64,000 nt of DNA from Candidatus Uhrbacteria bacterium CG10_big_fil_rev_8_21_14_0_10_50_16 (GCA_002774875.1 PCYM01000006.1:17434-81433), one strand, 5' to 3'; counted from the stretch's first letter, positions 9,240 to 19,712 are shown. Numbers and translations: made by a program. Notes: generated by a model not told the origin, from the sequence alone.

Positions 9240-10748
9240 ATGTCTATTTTATCTGCAGCGATCATCGGCCTTTCCGCCGAACCGATCTATGTTGAAGTTG
9301 ATATTGCGTTTGGTCTTCGTAAATTCTTGATCGTTGGTCTGCCGGATCGTGCCGTCAATGAATCATCCGGCAGGGTAGAGGCAGCCCTGAAAAAAAGCGG
9401 TTTCCCCTTTCCCCGCTATAAAGTAACGGTCAATCTAGCTCCTGCACACTTAAAAAAAGAAGGTCCCGCGTACGACCTTCCTATTGCAATTAGCCTCCTT
9501 GCTGCACAAGGACACATACAATTACCCAAAGAACCACTGGTTATTTTGGGGGAACTTGGGCTCGATGGGTCAATCCGGCATGTTGACGGAGTGCTTCCGA
9601 TCACCGTAGAGATGAAGAGACGCGGACACAGAACCATTATTGTTCCCGCCTGTAACGCACAGGAAGCCGCTCTCGTGGACGGAATTCATGTTCTGGGTGT
9701 TAGCCACCTAAAAGATCTTGTTCTGCACCTTGAGGGGACAAAGCTTATCAAGCCAACGGTTCACGTTGTCGCACTCGACCATCAACCGATTTCCTACGCC
9801 TACGATATGGCACACGTAAAAGGGCAGGAGCGTGCAAAGCGCGCGTTAGAGATTGCCGCCGCTGGTGGTCATAATATTCTCTTATCGGGTCCACCTGGGT
9901 CTGGAAAAACATTGCTTGCACGATCGCTTCCTACGATTCTTCCTCAACTTACACTCGACGAAGCACTCGACATTACACGCATTCACTCAGTGAGCGGCGC
10001 ACTCAAAGGAATGCCCTTGGTAACACAGCGACCGTTTCAGTCCCCTCATCACACAACAAGCGGGGTGGCACTGATCGGCGGGGGCACAACACCAAAACCA
10101 GGACAGGTGAGTCTTGCACACCGTGGCGTTCTATTCTTGGATGAATTCCCAGAGTTTTCTAAGCAAGCACTCGAAAATCTTCGACAACCATTAGAGGACG
10201 GGTTTATTACTGTTTCTCGCGCGGCGGGTACGGCAGAATTCCCGGCAAAATTTATGCTCGTTGCCGCCATGAATCCGTGTCCTTGTGGGTATGCCAGTGA
10301 TCCGTTTCATCCTTGCGTGTGCACACCCACACAAATCATTCGCTATCAAAAAAAATTGTCAGGCCCCTTACTCGATCGCATTGACCTGCATTTAGAGGTT
10401 CCAAAACTTGAGATTGAAAAATTGGAGCAACTAGATGCCGGAGAAACGTCAACGGATTTTCAAAAACGCGTTCAAGCGGCACGGAATATTCAAACAAAAC
10501 GATTTGAAACAGTTGAACTTGTGACAAACGCAGACATTGGAACACGCGACATTAAAACCTATTGTCCCATGTCCAAAGAGGCAACACTTATCTTGGGAAC
10601 CGCCGCGCGATCGCTACACCTATCTGCTCGTGCCTACATTCGCATCATAAAAGTTGCACGCACGATTGCCGACATCGCCGCCGTCGATCTTATTGAGACC
10701 CCTCACATCACAGAAGCGCTTCAGTATAGAGAGCGCCTTACACCGTGA
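9240..10748 (+). CDS. comM: Mg-chelatase-like ATPase, YifB/ComM family
   Basis: 502 aa; ILLSGPPGSGKTLLARSLPTILP (Walker A); ChlI-type AAA+ fold; strong RBS AGGAGG. Confidence 0.9.
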   Translation: MSILSAAIIGLSAEPIYVEVDIAFGLRKFLIVGLPDRAVNESSGRVEAALKKSGFPFPRYKVTVNLAPAHLKKEGPAYDLPIAISLLAAQGHIQLPKEPLVILGELGLDGSIRHVDGVLPITVEMKRRGHRTIIVPACNAQEAALVDGIHVLGVSHLKDLVLHLEGTKLIKPTVHVVALDHQPISYAYDMAHVKGQERAKRALEIAAAGGHNILLSGPPGSGKTLLARSLPTILPQLTLDEALDITRIHSVSGALKGMPLVTQRPFQSPHHTTSGVALIGGGTTPKPGQVSLAHRGVLFLDEFPEFSKQALENLRQPLEDGFITVSRAAGTAEFPAKFMLVAAMNPCPCGYASDPFHPCVCTPTQIIRYQKKLSGPLLDRIDLHLEVPKLEIEKLEQLDAGETSTDFQKRVQAARNIQTKRFETVELVTNADIGTRDIKTYCPMSKEATLILGTAARSLHLSARAYIRIIKVARTIADIAAVDLIETPHITEALQYRERLTP

Positions 10749-10767
10749 TTTCTACAAAAAATATTTA

Positions 10768-11172
10768 TTACGCTTGGCCCACGTAGCGCATGTACAAAAA
10801 TACAGCAATTAGCAGACCGAGCCACGCGTAAGCAAGACCATCCATGAGTTGCTGTCGCTTTTTGAATTCTGCAAAGCTATCCCATTCACCCGACTTCCAG
10901 GATAAACGGCGGCCAAATAGGAACATCGCGCCCAGGGCAACAAAACCCGCAATCGGAATTAAGGAGACAAGAAACCAAAGATATTGCCGTGTTCCCAACG
11001 CATAGGCCTGTGTCCAAAATAACCCGCCGGGAGATGGCCGTTTAAGGTAACGCTCAATCAACTCCTCCGCGGGGACCAACTCAACCGTATACCCGCAAGA
11101 TCCACAGATTTTCTGCAGCTCCTTTAGCTTCTCCAAACACTCGGGACAGGTTGCGGTTGTTTTCATGTACAC
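10768..11172 (-). CDS. hypothetical zinc-ribbon membrane protein
   Basis: 134 aa; CPEC...CGSCGY zinc ribbon followed by 2-3 TM helices. Confidence 0.5.
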   Translation of the reverse strand: MYMKTTATCPECLEKLKELQKICGSCGYTVELVPAEELIERYLKRPSPGGLFWTQAYALGTRQYLWFLVSLIPIAGFVALGAMFLFGRRLSWKSGEWDSFAEFKKRQQLMDGLAYAWLGLLIAVFLYMRYVGQA

Positions 11173-11354
11173 ATTCTAGCAAATTAGCCGCCGTATGCGT
11201 ATTAGATCAGGTTCATTGTAGCCGTTATGAGTGAATCGACTCACGGCCATTCAGAATATAAAAACAATGCAAGCAGCACTATTATTCAAATAATGTCCAA
11301 AACACCAACAAAACCCGCAAAACATCGGGCGACGATCCACCTAAGCTTCAGCTA

Positions 11355-11383
11355 TTGACAATATCTGCTCTTTTTACTACAAT
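11355..11383 (+). promoter_or_regulatory. sigma70-like promoter upstream of rpmH (TTGACA-17-TACAAT)
   Basis: Consensus -35 and -10 hexamers with a 17-nt spacer, 22 bp upstream of the rpmH ATG. Confidence 0.5.
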
Positions 11384-11405
11384 CTCCACACATTGAATGA
11401 ACCTA

Positions 11406-11534
11406 TGCCTAAGCGAACGTTCCAACCAAAAAAACGACATAAGATGCGTGTGCACGGCTTCCGAGCCCGAATGCGTACTGCAACAGGGCGACTCGTCTTA
11501 AAACGACGAAGAGCAAAGGGACGACTCAAATTGA
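11406..11534 (+). CDS. rpmH: 50S ribosomal protein L34, apparently frameshifted near the C-terminus
   Basis: [38 protein letters not shown], then the frame ends DDSN*. The +1 frame gives the canonical GRLKLTV* ending at 11542; one G is missing in a GGG run at ~11519. Confidence 0.8.
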
Positions 11535-11587
11535 CCGTCTAAACCCGAAAGACATGCCATGTGCGTGTCTTTCTTGTATTATAGAGC

Positions 11588-11945
11588 TATGCTCCCCTAC
11601 GATTATCGTCTCAAGAAGGAAATGGACATTAAAAAGCTCTTTTCTAAAGGAAAAGGGGTGTTTGACGTAAAGGTGGGTGCCAAGGTCCGCAAGAACGGAT
11701 TGCAGCAAACTCGGTTTGTGATCGTGGTCGGAGTAAAGGTCCACAAGCGAGCCTTCCGTCGTAATCGTATTCGTCGACGTGTTCGTGCAATTCTAGAAGC
11801 ACATTTGAGCCACATCGCCACAGACTACGACATCGCAATCATCGCGCGACCAGAGGCGCTTAAAGCCTCATATGAGGAGCTTCAAACATCCGTTCTCTCC
11901 GCGCTCAAGAAAGCCGGCGTTTTGAATGACGTTCCTATACTATGA
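11588..11945 (+). CDS. rnpA: ribonuclease P protein component
   Basis: MLPYDYRLKKEMDIKKLF...RRNRIRRRVRAI carries the RnpA signature (RL.k..F; RNR.KR). Confidence 0.9.
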
Positions 11946-12202
11946 GGTTTCAAAACTTTGTTTATCCACTACGGCTTCCCGTGTTGGGGATGATTCGTCT
12001 CTATCAAAAAACGCTTTCCTTTGATCATGGGCCGCTTAAAGGATTTTATCCGCATGGCTATTGTCGCTTTCATCCAACGTGCTCTGAGTATGGATATAAG
12101 TCGATTAAAAACCAGGGCATCATAGTAGGAGGTGTTAAAACGTTGTATCGTATTCTTCGCTGTAACCCGTGGAGTCGTGGGGGAGTCGATGAACCTCAAT
12201 AA
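11942..12202 (+). CDS. yidD: membrane protein insertion efficiency factor YidD
   Basis: 86 aa; CRFHPTCSEYGYKSIKNQG...RCNPWSRGGVD is the YidD signature. Confidence 0.9.
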   Translation: MRFQNFVYPLRLPVLGMIRLYQKTLSFDHGPLKGFYPHGYCRFHPTCSEYGYKSIKNQGIIVGGVKTLYRILRCNPWSRGGVDEPQ

Positions 12203-12233
12203 ATAAGTTACCCTCAAGTTATCCCCATGTTGT

Positions 12234-12258
12234 CCGTGCCTTGTGCACGGATTTTTTG
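12234..12258 (+). terminator. rho-independent terminator after yidD
   Basis: CCGTGCC-TTGT-GCACGG followed by ATTTTTTG. Confidence 0.5.
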
Positions 12259-12307
12259 TTTCTTATTGTGCAACTATTATTTACTACAACCCCAATCTTG
12301 GCCAAAA

Positions 12308-12391
12308 CTATCCACAGTATTCACGACTTATGCACGAATGCTGTGGACAACTTAGAGCTTATAAACAGGCTTTCTATTCAACTGTGGATAT
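12308..12391. promoter_or_regulatory. DnaA-box cluster upstream of dnaA
   Basis: CTATCCACA 12308-12316, TGTGGACAA 12342-12350, TGTGGATAT 12383-12391. Confidence 0.55.
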
Positions 12392-12471
12392 GTGGTATGA
12401 TTCTGTCACTCGGAAATACAGCCAGGCGCACGGCCGTTAGTCCGCTTCACGCGTATCACTCAAACAAAATT

Positions 12472-13842
12472 ATGGATACACAAGAGTTGTGGGAAACCAC
12501 ATTAGGGGAGCTTGAATTAGAGCTCTCAAAGGCAAATTTTACAACCTGGTTCAAGGACACGTTCATCACCGAGATCACACACGACCATATCGTCATTGCG
12601 GTCCCCAACAATTTCACAAAAACATGGTTAGAGAATAAATATCATAAAAGTATTCTCAAATCTCTACAGAGGGCAACAAGTGACGCCGTACGAGAAGTAA
12701 CATACAACGTAGAGGTAAAAGGATCCTCAAACGGCCCACAACCAATCCCGATTCATAATACCCAGGTTGATACATCGATTGCCTTTAGTCGTAGTGACCT
12801 GCAGGACGATCCAATCGGAAACACCCTCAATCCACGCTACACTTTTGATGCTTACATCGTCGGAAAACAAAACGAGTTTGCTCATGCTGCCGCCATGGCT
12901 GTTCCTAAAAATCTCGGAACCACCTACAACCCCCTATTTATCTACGGAGGCGTAGGACTTGGCAAAACGCATCTTTTACAAGCAATCGGGCATGAGGTTG
13001 TTCAGCTCAACCCCGGAAAGCGTGTACTCTACGTTACGAGTGAGAAGTTCACCAATGATTTTATCCAGGCCGTTAGAACCGGACGTGCGCGTGAGTTTAA
13101 AGATGTTTATAGAACCGTGGACGTGTTAATTGTGGATGATATTCAGTTTTTTAGTGGAAAAGTAGAAACACAGGAAGAGTTTTTTCACACATTCAACGCA
13201 CTTCACCAGCAGAACAAGCAGATCATCTTGTCCGCCGATCGACCACCAAAACTCATCACCGCGTTAGAAAATCGTCTTTTATCCCGTTTTGAATGGGGAA
13301 TGACGGCCGATATCAGTAGCCCCGACTATGAGACACGTGTTGCGATATTGGAGGCAAAGTGTCGAGAGCGTCAATGGAGCATGCCACAAGAGGTCATGCG
13401 CCACGTTGCGGACAATATCCAATCAAATGTTCGCGAACTTGAAGGCGCCCTTAATAAAATTATTGCGTACCATCAGTTAAAAAATCAGGTACCAACCTTG
13501 GAATCCGTTGCCCCAATTGTGCAGAGTTTTAGGCCCGTAGACATCATAAAAACGGCCACTCCGCGAGAACTTATGCATGTGGTGGCTGAGTACTATGACA
13601 TAACTATGGACGAGCTCGTTGGAAAAAGTCGAGAGAAGCGACTCGCATTTCCACGTCAAATCATTATGTATCTCTTGCGCGAGGATATGAGTTATTCCTA
13701 CCCATCAATTGGACAGGAGCTCGGCGGAAGAGACCACACGACAGCAATGCACGCCTATTCAAAAATAAAGCGCTGCCTCGAATCGGATGAGAAGCTGTGT
13801 CACGATATGGAGATCATTAAGCAGCGATTGTACGCAGCATAA
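12472..13842 (+). CDS. dnaA: chromosomal replication initiator protein DnaA
   Basis: Start placed at MDTQELWETTLGELE (the longer ORF begins inside the DnaA-box region). AAA+ GGVGLGKTHLLQAIG and a C-terminal HTH. Confidence 0.95.
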   Translation: MDTQELWETTLGELELELSKANFTTWFKDTFITEITHDHIVIAVPNNFTKTWLENKYHKSILKSLQRATSDAVREVTYNVEVKGSSNGPQPIPIHNTQVDTSIAFSRSDLQDDPIGNTLNPRYTFDAYIVGKQNEFAHAAAMAVPKNLGTTYNPLFIYGGVGLGKTHLLQAIGHEVVQLNPGKRVLYVTSEKFTNDFIQAVRTGRAREFKDVYRTVDVLIVDDIQFFSGKVETQEEFFHTFNALHQQNKQIILSADRPPKLITALENRLLSRFEWGMTADISSPDYETRVAILEAKCRERQWSMPQEVMRHVADNIQSNVRELEGALNKIIAYHQLKNQVPTLESVAPIVQSFRPVDIIKTATPRELMHVVAEYYDITMDELVGKSREKRLAFPRQIIMYLLREDMSYSYPSIGQELGGRDHTTAMHAYSKIKRCLESDEKLCHDMEIIKQRLYAA

Positions 13843-14094
13843 GTCCACAGGTTTAGGGGATAACCCTGCTTATAACCCTGTAGAAAAGTATGTGTATGGG
13901 CACGTGGATAATAAGTGGATAATAGACCCGCGGGGGTGGGGACATAGTTGTTCACAGGCTGCGTCCCATCCATACACACAGTGGCTGTGCACTGAATAGA
14001 CTATTAAACATTCATTCAATAGGACTTTTCCACCCTATCCACAGCACTATTACTATTACTAGTTATATATCTATATTCATAAGAACACGTAAAC
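13843..14094. other. candidate oriC (dnaA-dnaN intergenic)
   Basis: DnaA-box-like 9-mers CGTGGATAA 13903-13911, AGTGGATAA 13914-13922 and CTATCCACA 14035-14043, followed by the AT-rich tract ACTATTACTATTACTAGTTATATATCTATATTCAT. Confidence 0.5.
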
Positions 14095-15222
14095 ATGATC
14101 TTCTCGTGTACAAAAGACAATCTGCAAAAAGGACTGAATGTGGTAAGCCACATATCCAATAAACAGGTAAATCTACCTGTCTTGCAGAATGTCCATCTAA
14201 AAGCGGAGGGAGGAAGTATTGTTCTTTCGACAACGAATCTAGAAATCGCCATGCGTATTAGTATTCGAGGAAAAATTGATAAGCCGGGTGAGTTTACAGT
14301 TCCTGCAAAACTTTTTTACGACTTTGTGAGTTTGTTGCCTAATGATCGTGTGGATGTAGAGCGCGTTGATCAGCTTTTGGAGGTTCGATGTGGAGATACA
14401 GCAACAACAATGAACGGAATTGATGCTGCAGAGTTTCCACTCATTCCACAGGTGGAGACGACGGCCGTTATTAAAATGCCTGCACAACTCGTTCGCGAGG
14501 CTCTTTCTCAGGTTGCATTTGCAGTGTCACATAGCGAGGCGCGACCAGAACTTTCTGGTGTTCTCCTTAAGTTTAATGAGAAGACGCTTACCATGGCGGC
14601 AACGGATAGCTATCGTCTCTCTGAACGAAAGGTAATTCTCACCGAACCTGCACAGGATCGACAACTGATCATACCGGCAGAGACCGTGAATGAAGTAAAC
14701 CGCATGCTATCCGTGTTTAAGGATGACCCGGAAGCAGACGACGTGCTGGAATTGAGACTCTCGGATTCTCAGGCGGTTTTTGTCTATGGACCAGCAGAAT
14801 TGATTACAAGAACGATTGATGGAAATTATCCCGACTACACACAGATTATCCCCACGGTGTTTACGACGGAGGTGATTGTGGGGAGAAATGAGTTGATAAA
14901 GGCGATTAAGACTGCAAGTCTCTTTTCGCGGCAGGGCGTGTTTGATGTGATCTTGCAGATCTCTCCAGATACCAAGAAACTAACGGTTACCGCAAATGAG
15001 GTAACGCGTGGAACAAACACGGTGAGTTGTGATGCAGATATCACTGGGAAGGAAAATAAAATGACGGTTAATTTTCGCTACTTACTTGATGGTCTCAACA
15101 CAATGAGCTCGGAAGGTGTTACGTTAAAGTTAATCGATGCAATGAACCCATGTCTTGTCATGCCAAATGGTCTCCTTGAACCTGGATCGCAAACCTACAT
15201 TGTGATGCCAATTCGCCAATAA
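14095..15222 (+). CDS. dnaN: DNA polymerase III beta sliding clamp
   Basis: 375 aa with three beta-clamp domains; the N-terminus MIFSCTKDNLQKGLNVVSHIS is typical. Confidence 0.95.
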   Translation: MIFSCTKDNLQKGLNVVSHISNKQVNLPVLQNVHLKAEGGSIVLSTTNLEIAMRISIRGKIDKPGEFTVPAKLFYDFVSLLPNDRVDVERVDQLLEVRCGDTATTMNGIDAAEFPLIPQVETTAVIKMPAQLVREALSQVAFAVSHSEARPELSGVLLKFNEKTLTMAATDSYRLSERKVILTEPAQDRQLIIPAETVNEVNRMLSVFKDDPEADDVLELRLSDSQAVFVYGPAELITRTIDGNYPDYTQIIPTVFTTEVIVGRNELIKAIKTASLFSRQGVFDVILQISPDTKKLTVTANEVTRGTNTVSCDADITGKENKMTVNFRYLLDGLNTMSSEGVTLKLIDAMNPCLVMPNGLLEPGSQTYIVMPIRQ

Positions 15223-15228
15223 AGAGAT

Positions 15229-15253
15229 CGCCCGAGTAAGGGCGGTTTTTTTT
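15229..15253 (+). terminator. rho-independent terminator after dnaN
   Basis: CGCCC-GAGTAA-GGGCG followed by GTTTTTTTTATT. Confidence 0.6.
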
Positions 15254-15317
15254 ATTGGATTTGTAGAGTGGTATACTCTTGTTTGAAACGTACGCTTTGA
15301 TTTAATCTCGTCGTTCT

Positions 15318-15848
15318 ATGTCCTACAAACGAACCGTCTCTGTCTTCCTGGGCATGGTTGTTCTGACAGGGGTTATTGTATTTGTGGGGGCTCTCTATTG
15401 GAAAAGCGCCTATATTCCATCTAAACCGCTGGAGATTGATTACAGCGCCTACGTGAGCGAGACGTCGGAGGGCGTCTATAGAAGCGAGGCTTATCGGTTT
15501 GGGTTTCAGGTTCCAACAGGATGGACCGTACAGGAATCGGGAAAACGCGTGTCGGTAATCCCATCAAGTATCGTCAGTGGGCGCGCCTTTTACATCGAGG
15601 TGACCCAATTGTCGTCTGAGGAGTATAAGGCGGCACGAGAGGCTACCAGTGAGTCTGTACGCGTGTTTGACGAGCAGACGGATGTCGCAGGATTTGATCA
15701 CACAGAGAAGTTTAAGATTAGTACAGAAATAGGAACGGACGACACGATTTTATTCATGACGTTGCCGGATCATAATCTCGTATTCAATTATCACGAGTTT
15801 AATGAGGCACATCAGGCAATCCTGCAAAGCTTTCAACTTTTTCAATGA
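15318..15848 (+). CDS. hypothetical membrane-anchored protein
   Basis: 176 aa, one N-terminal TM helix, no recognisable domain. Confidence 0.5.
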   Translation: MSYKRTVSVFLGMVVLTGVIVFVGALYWKSAYIPSKPLEIDYSAYVSETSEGVYRSEAYRFGFQVPTGWTVQESGKRVSVIPSSIVSGRAFYIEVTQLSSEEYKAAREATSESVRVFDEQTDVAGFDHTEKFKISTEIGTDDTILFMTLPDHNLVFNYHEFNEAHQAILQSFQLFQ

Positions 15849-15854
15849 ATAAAA

Positions 15855-15878
15855 CACCCCTCGATGAGGGGTGTTTTT
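15855..15878 (+). terminator. rho-independent terminator
   Basis: CACCCCTC-GATG-AGGGGTG followed by TTTTTGG. Confidence 0.6.
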
Positions 15879-15885
15879 GGATACA

Positions 15886-16358
15886 TTACTTTGTACGCAC
15901 GGGATAAATCTCGATGGTCGTGTAATGCACACCAAAGTGGATTGCATCGGAATAGTTTTCCATCCAGATGTCCGCTTTGTAGTTGTAACGCGGGTTCATA
16001 CGGTCTTTGACAATAAACTCCTTATCTCCGTAGAGCTCGGGGAATTTAACACGTGTTCCCAAAGGCAAGAAGTTTGCCGCAATAAGACCGTCACGCACGT
16101 AGGTTCCGTCGGCTGTGTTAAATGGCGTTGCGTCCGTTTGGTTTGGCAACGAGTTATATGCAGATACGGGGATCTTCATAGTACGTGGGGCTTCACGATC
16201 CGCAGAGACAGGCAAAACCTGTTTCTGGGGCTGTGCAGTGATTCCGGTGACAAACTCATCCAAGACGATTTGCGCCTGAACGGTCGGTACGTTCATAGGA
16301 ATCACAGCGGAAAAGGCGTAAGAAGCCACAAGTCCCAATGTGGTGATCTTGTGCATCG
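15886..16358 (-). CDS. 3D-domain protein (cell-wall-associated, MltA/YocH-like)
   Basis: C-terminus DGTYVRDGLIAANFLPLGTRVKFPELYGDKEFIVKDRMNPRY...ADIWM matches the 3D domain; signal peptide MHKITTLGLVASYAFSAV. The start is ambiguous (16358 or 16398). Confidence 0.7.
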
Positions 16359-16689
16359 ATACCTTCAGCTTGATCGCAAGGTTGTTGAATAGGTTTGTCA
16401 TAAAAACCAGTGGTAATAAGAAATCTCCCTTAGCAGGAGACGTGGAACTTATATCATATTTAGGCCATTTTGTCAAGGGATTGAGGCTTATTTTCAAGAG
16501 GAGGATCTTAGAATGTCAAGATCAAATACTGTGCTAAGGTTAGTCATAAAATAAGGCGAAATTATTGGAATTATGAGAGAAACTGATCTATTCCATTTTA
16601 TCCGAAATTAACATAAGTTTCTGTTTGATTGATCGCAGACGACTGGTATCTGGTGTACAATCAGTTCATACAACCATCAACCAAATTAC

Positions 16690-19617
16690 ATGGCTGACCC
16701 ACAGTACAATCGGACGCATCGATGGAAAAAACATCGCTCAAAGCGTCAACGACGCGCGACGCAACAACACACGCGCACTTCATCTTCTCGATTTAAGCAA
16801 ACGTTTAAAACTGTGTTCTCAAAGACGTTTCTAACGAATGTTTTCCTGCTTGCGGCCGTTGCTGTTGTGGGCCTGTTTGTTTTGCTTGGAGGATTGTTCC
16901 TCTTTATGGGGGGAAGCCTGCCTGATCCAAATGCGCTACAAGATCGATCCGTTGCGCAGAGCACAAAAATTTACGATCGTACCGGCGAGCATATCTTGTT
17001 TGAGATTTATGTGGACGAAAAACGCACACTTGTTCCGTTGGACACCTTACCTAAGGATTTGGTCAACGGTGTGATCGCAACAGAGGATACCAAGTTCTAT
17101 ACGCACATGGGGATTCGGCCGTTGAGTATGGCACGCGCGGTTTTGTACGGTCTCTTGCCTAATCGTCGTGTTGAGGGAACGTCCACACTCACGCAGCAGT
17201 TGGTAAAAAATGCAATTTTGACCAACGAGCGTAGTTTTACGCGTAAGATCAAGGAAATTATTTTGTCTCTTCGACTAGAGCAGAAGTATACAAAGGATGA
17301 GATTCTCCAAATTTACTTTAATGAGATTCCTTACGGCTCCACCAACTACGGAGTGGAATCAGCGGCACAAAGTTATTTTGGAAAGCCTGCTTCGCAGATG
17401 ACGCTTGCAGAGTCAGCGACGCTTGCCGGACTACCAAAAGCACCCACTACGTATTTGAATAACCCAGATCGTTTACAGGAGCGTCGGGATTTTGTTCTGC
17501 GTCGTATGTTTGAGGAAGGGTATATTACGGAGGACGCAAAGAACGCGGCACAGGCTGAGCCGCTTGCGTTGAATCGTACGGTGGGGGACATTACCGCTCC
17601 GCACTTTGTGTTCTATGTGCGGGAATTATTGCAGTCCCAGTTTGATTATAGTGATCGCGAGATAGAAGAAGGCGGGTTGAAGGTGATTACATCCATTGAT
17701 TACGACTTACAAAAGATTGCCGAAGAGGAGGTGGCGAAGGCCGTGGCTGAGCGTGGAGAATCCTTTAATTTTAGTAACGCAGCACTCGTTGCGATTGATC
17801 CAAAGACAGGCGAGATTTTGTCGATGGTTGGAAGTCACGACTATTTTGATGAGGAGAGCGACGGTGCGGTGAATGTGGCAATCCGTGCACGACAACCTGG
17901 GTCCTCTATTAAGCCGATGGTCTATACCGCATTGTTTGAAGCAGGATACACACCAAACACCGTTCTCTACGACGTAGAAACAGATTTTCCATCTGATGTT
18001 GGGATCTATCACCCTCGCAACTATGACCTTAAAGAGCATGGGCCGGTAACCGTGCGAACTGCACTGCAGGGATCCTTGAATATTCCGGCCGTAAAAGCGC
18101 TCTATCTTGTGGGCGTGGACACGTTCTTGAATTTTGCAGAACGGATGGGTTACTCGACGTTTGCGGATCGCAGCCGATTTGGACTTGCGGTTGTTCTTGG
18201 AGGGGGAGAGGTGACGCTTCTAGATCACACAAGTGCTTTTGCAACGTTGGCGGCAGACGGCATGCAACATGAGCCGGTCTCTATTTTGCGTGTTGAGAAT
18301 TCACGTGGAGACATTCAATTTGAATGGAAACCAGTAGACGGTAAAAAGATTGTCGATGCGAATATTGCACGCATGACGACGAATGTGTTGTCCGACGACG
18401 GTGCTCGGCAATACGCGTTTGGTGCGGGCTCAGCGCTCACATTGCCAGGACGTCCAGTTGCGGCAAAGTCTGGAACGACGAATGATTACCGTGATGGTTG
18501 GCTTATGGGATACACGCCATCAATCGCAATGGGTGTCTGGGGAGGGAATAATGACAATAGCAAGATGGCACGTGGCGCAGGAGGATCCTCTGTTGCAGGG
18601 CCTATCTGGAACGCGGTTATGCGACGCTACTTGGCAGATAAACCTGTCGAATCATTTGCAGGCCCATCGATCCCAACACTTGGAAAGCCGGCGTTAGATG
18701 GTGAGATTGGTAATACACAAACATTGACGATTGATCGTGTGTCGGGCTTGCTCGCAACCGACGAGACACCGGTACGATTGCGCGAACAAAAGACGTACGT
18801 TACACATCATTCAATTCTGTATTACGTGGATCGAAAGAATATTACAGGAGCCGCACCTGGGGCGGACTCGACAGATCCGCAATATCCAAATTGGGAATCC
18901 GCGGTACAGGATTGGGTTGCACGAAAAATGGCTGAACTTGGAGAGGCCTTTGTAAATGAGCAGCCGCCGACAGAATTTGACGACGTGCATGTGGCGCGAA
19001 ACATTCCAGATGTACGGATTGAGCAACCGGCAAATGGAAACCTGGAGTCTCGGACCTTTACGGTTGAGGCGCGCGTGTCTGCTCGTCGAGAAATCTCGCG
19101 CGTAGAGGTGTATGTGGATGGCTTCTATCTTGGAGCAACGAGTAACTCGCCCTACAGAATCAATGTCACAATTCCACCGTTTATTTTGGCGGGAGAACGT
19201 GCGTTGCGCGTGGTGGCATTTGATGATGTGGAGAACGAGAGTTCTGCAACCACGGAGATTCAAATTCCAAGTGGAGATTTAGGAAGCATTCAGATTGTTG
19301 ATCCTCGACCCGGTCAGATTATCGTTGCAAAGGAACCTACCTATCCCATTCGAATTGAACTCGATAACCCAAACCTCTACCAGAAAATTGAGTATTTTGC
19401 GGGGCCGCGGACAGGATCCGGTGGATCACTTATCGGCGTGACGATCAATCCGACCAAGTTTATAGAAACGCAAACATGGACGCTCCCTGTGCCTGGCGAG
19501 TACATTGTTTCGGCACTGGTGACGCTTGTGGAAACGGGGGAGACCATCTCTGCCGGAAACGTGCTTTTGGAGGTCGAGGCTCCACCGCTCGCTCCTGCTT
19601 CTGAAGAAGGCGGATAA
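16690..19617 (+). CDS. class A penicillin-binding protein (glycosyltransferase + transpeptidase) with a long C-terminal extension
   Basis: GT51 motifs EDTKFYTHMG, GTSTLTQQLVKN and RKIKE. Transpeptidase motifs SSIKP, SLN and KSGTT. The ~300-aa C-terminal extension is beta-rich. Confidence 0.9.
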   Translation: MADPQYNRTHRWKKHRSKRQRRATQQHTRTSSSRFKQTFKTVFSKTFLTNVFLLAAVAVVGLFVLLGGLFLFMGGSLPDPNALQDRSVAQSTKIYDRTGEHILFEIYVDEKRTLVPLDTLPKDLVNGVIATEDTKFYTHMGIRPLSMARAVLYGLLPNRRVEGTSTLTQQLVKNAILTNERSFTRKIKEIILSLRLEQKYTKDEILQIYFNEIPYGSTNYGVESAAQSYFGKPASQMTLAESATLAGLPKAPTTYLNNPDRLQERRDFVLRRMFEEGYITEDAKNAAQAEPLALNRTVGDITAPHFVFYVRELLQSQFDYSDREIEEGGLKVITSIDYDLQKIAEEEVAKAVAERGESFNFSNAALVAIDPKTGEILSMVGSHDYFDEESDGAVNVAIRARQPGSSIKPMVYTALFEAGYTPNTVLYDVETDFPSDVGIYHPRNYDLKEHGPVTVRTALQGSLNIPAVKALYLVGVDTFLNFAERMGYSTFADRSRFGLAVVLGGGEVTLLDHTSAFATLAADGMQHEPVSILRVENSRGDIQFEWKPVDGKKIVDANIARMTTNVLSDDGARQYAFGAGSALTLPGRPVAAKSGTTNDYRDGWLMGYTPSIAMGVWGGNNDNSKMARGAGGSSVAGPIWNAVMRRYLADKPVESFAGPSIPTLGKPALDGEIGNTQTLTIDRVSGLLATDETPVRLREQKTYVTHHSILYYVDRKNITGAAPGADSTDPQYPNWESAVQDWVARKMAELGEAFVNEQPPTEFDDVHVARNIPDVRIEQPANGNLESRTFTVEARVSARREISRVEVYVDGFYLGATSNSPYRINVTIPPFILAGERALRVVAFDDVENESSATTEIQIPSGDLGSIQIVDPRPGQIIVAKEPTYPIRIELDNPNLYQKIEYFAGPRTGSGGSLIGVTINPTKFIETQTWTLPVPGEYIVSALVTLVETGETISAGNVLLEVEAPPLAPASEEGG

Positions 19618-19680
19618 GTAAGAAGATAAAGCACTCAATACCGATGAGTGCTTTCTGGTTATGTTCTCTCCTGCACCTCA

Positions 19681-19704
19681 AAAAAAACACCGACGTTTGT
19701 CGGT
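19681..19704 (-). terminator. rho-independent terminator downstream of tRNA-Cys (minus strand)
   Basis: ACCGAC-loop-GTCGGT; on the minus strand it is followed by TTTTTTT. Confidence 0.5.
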
Positions 19705-19712
19705 CTTTTTGT

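Noticed and set aside
12241-12471. Longer dnaA ORF starting at 12241
   Set aside because: The N-terminal 77 codons overlap the DnaA-box cluster and lack DnaA domain-I similarity; MDTQELWETTLGELE is the conventional start.
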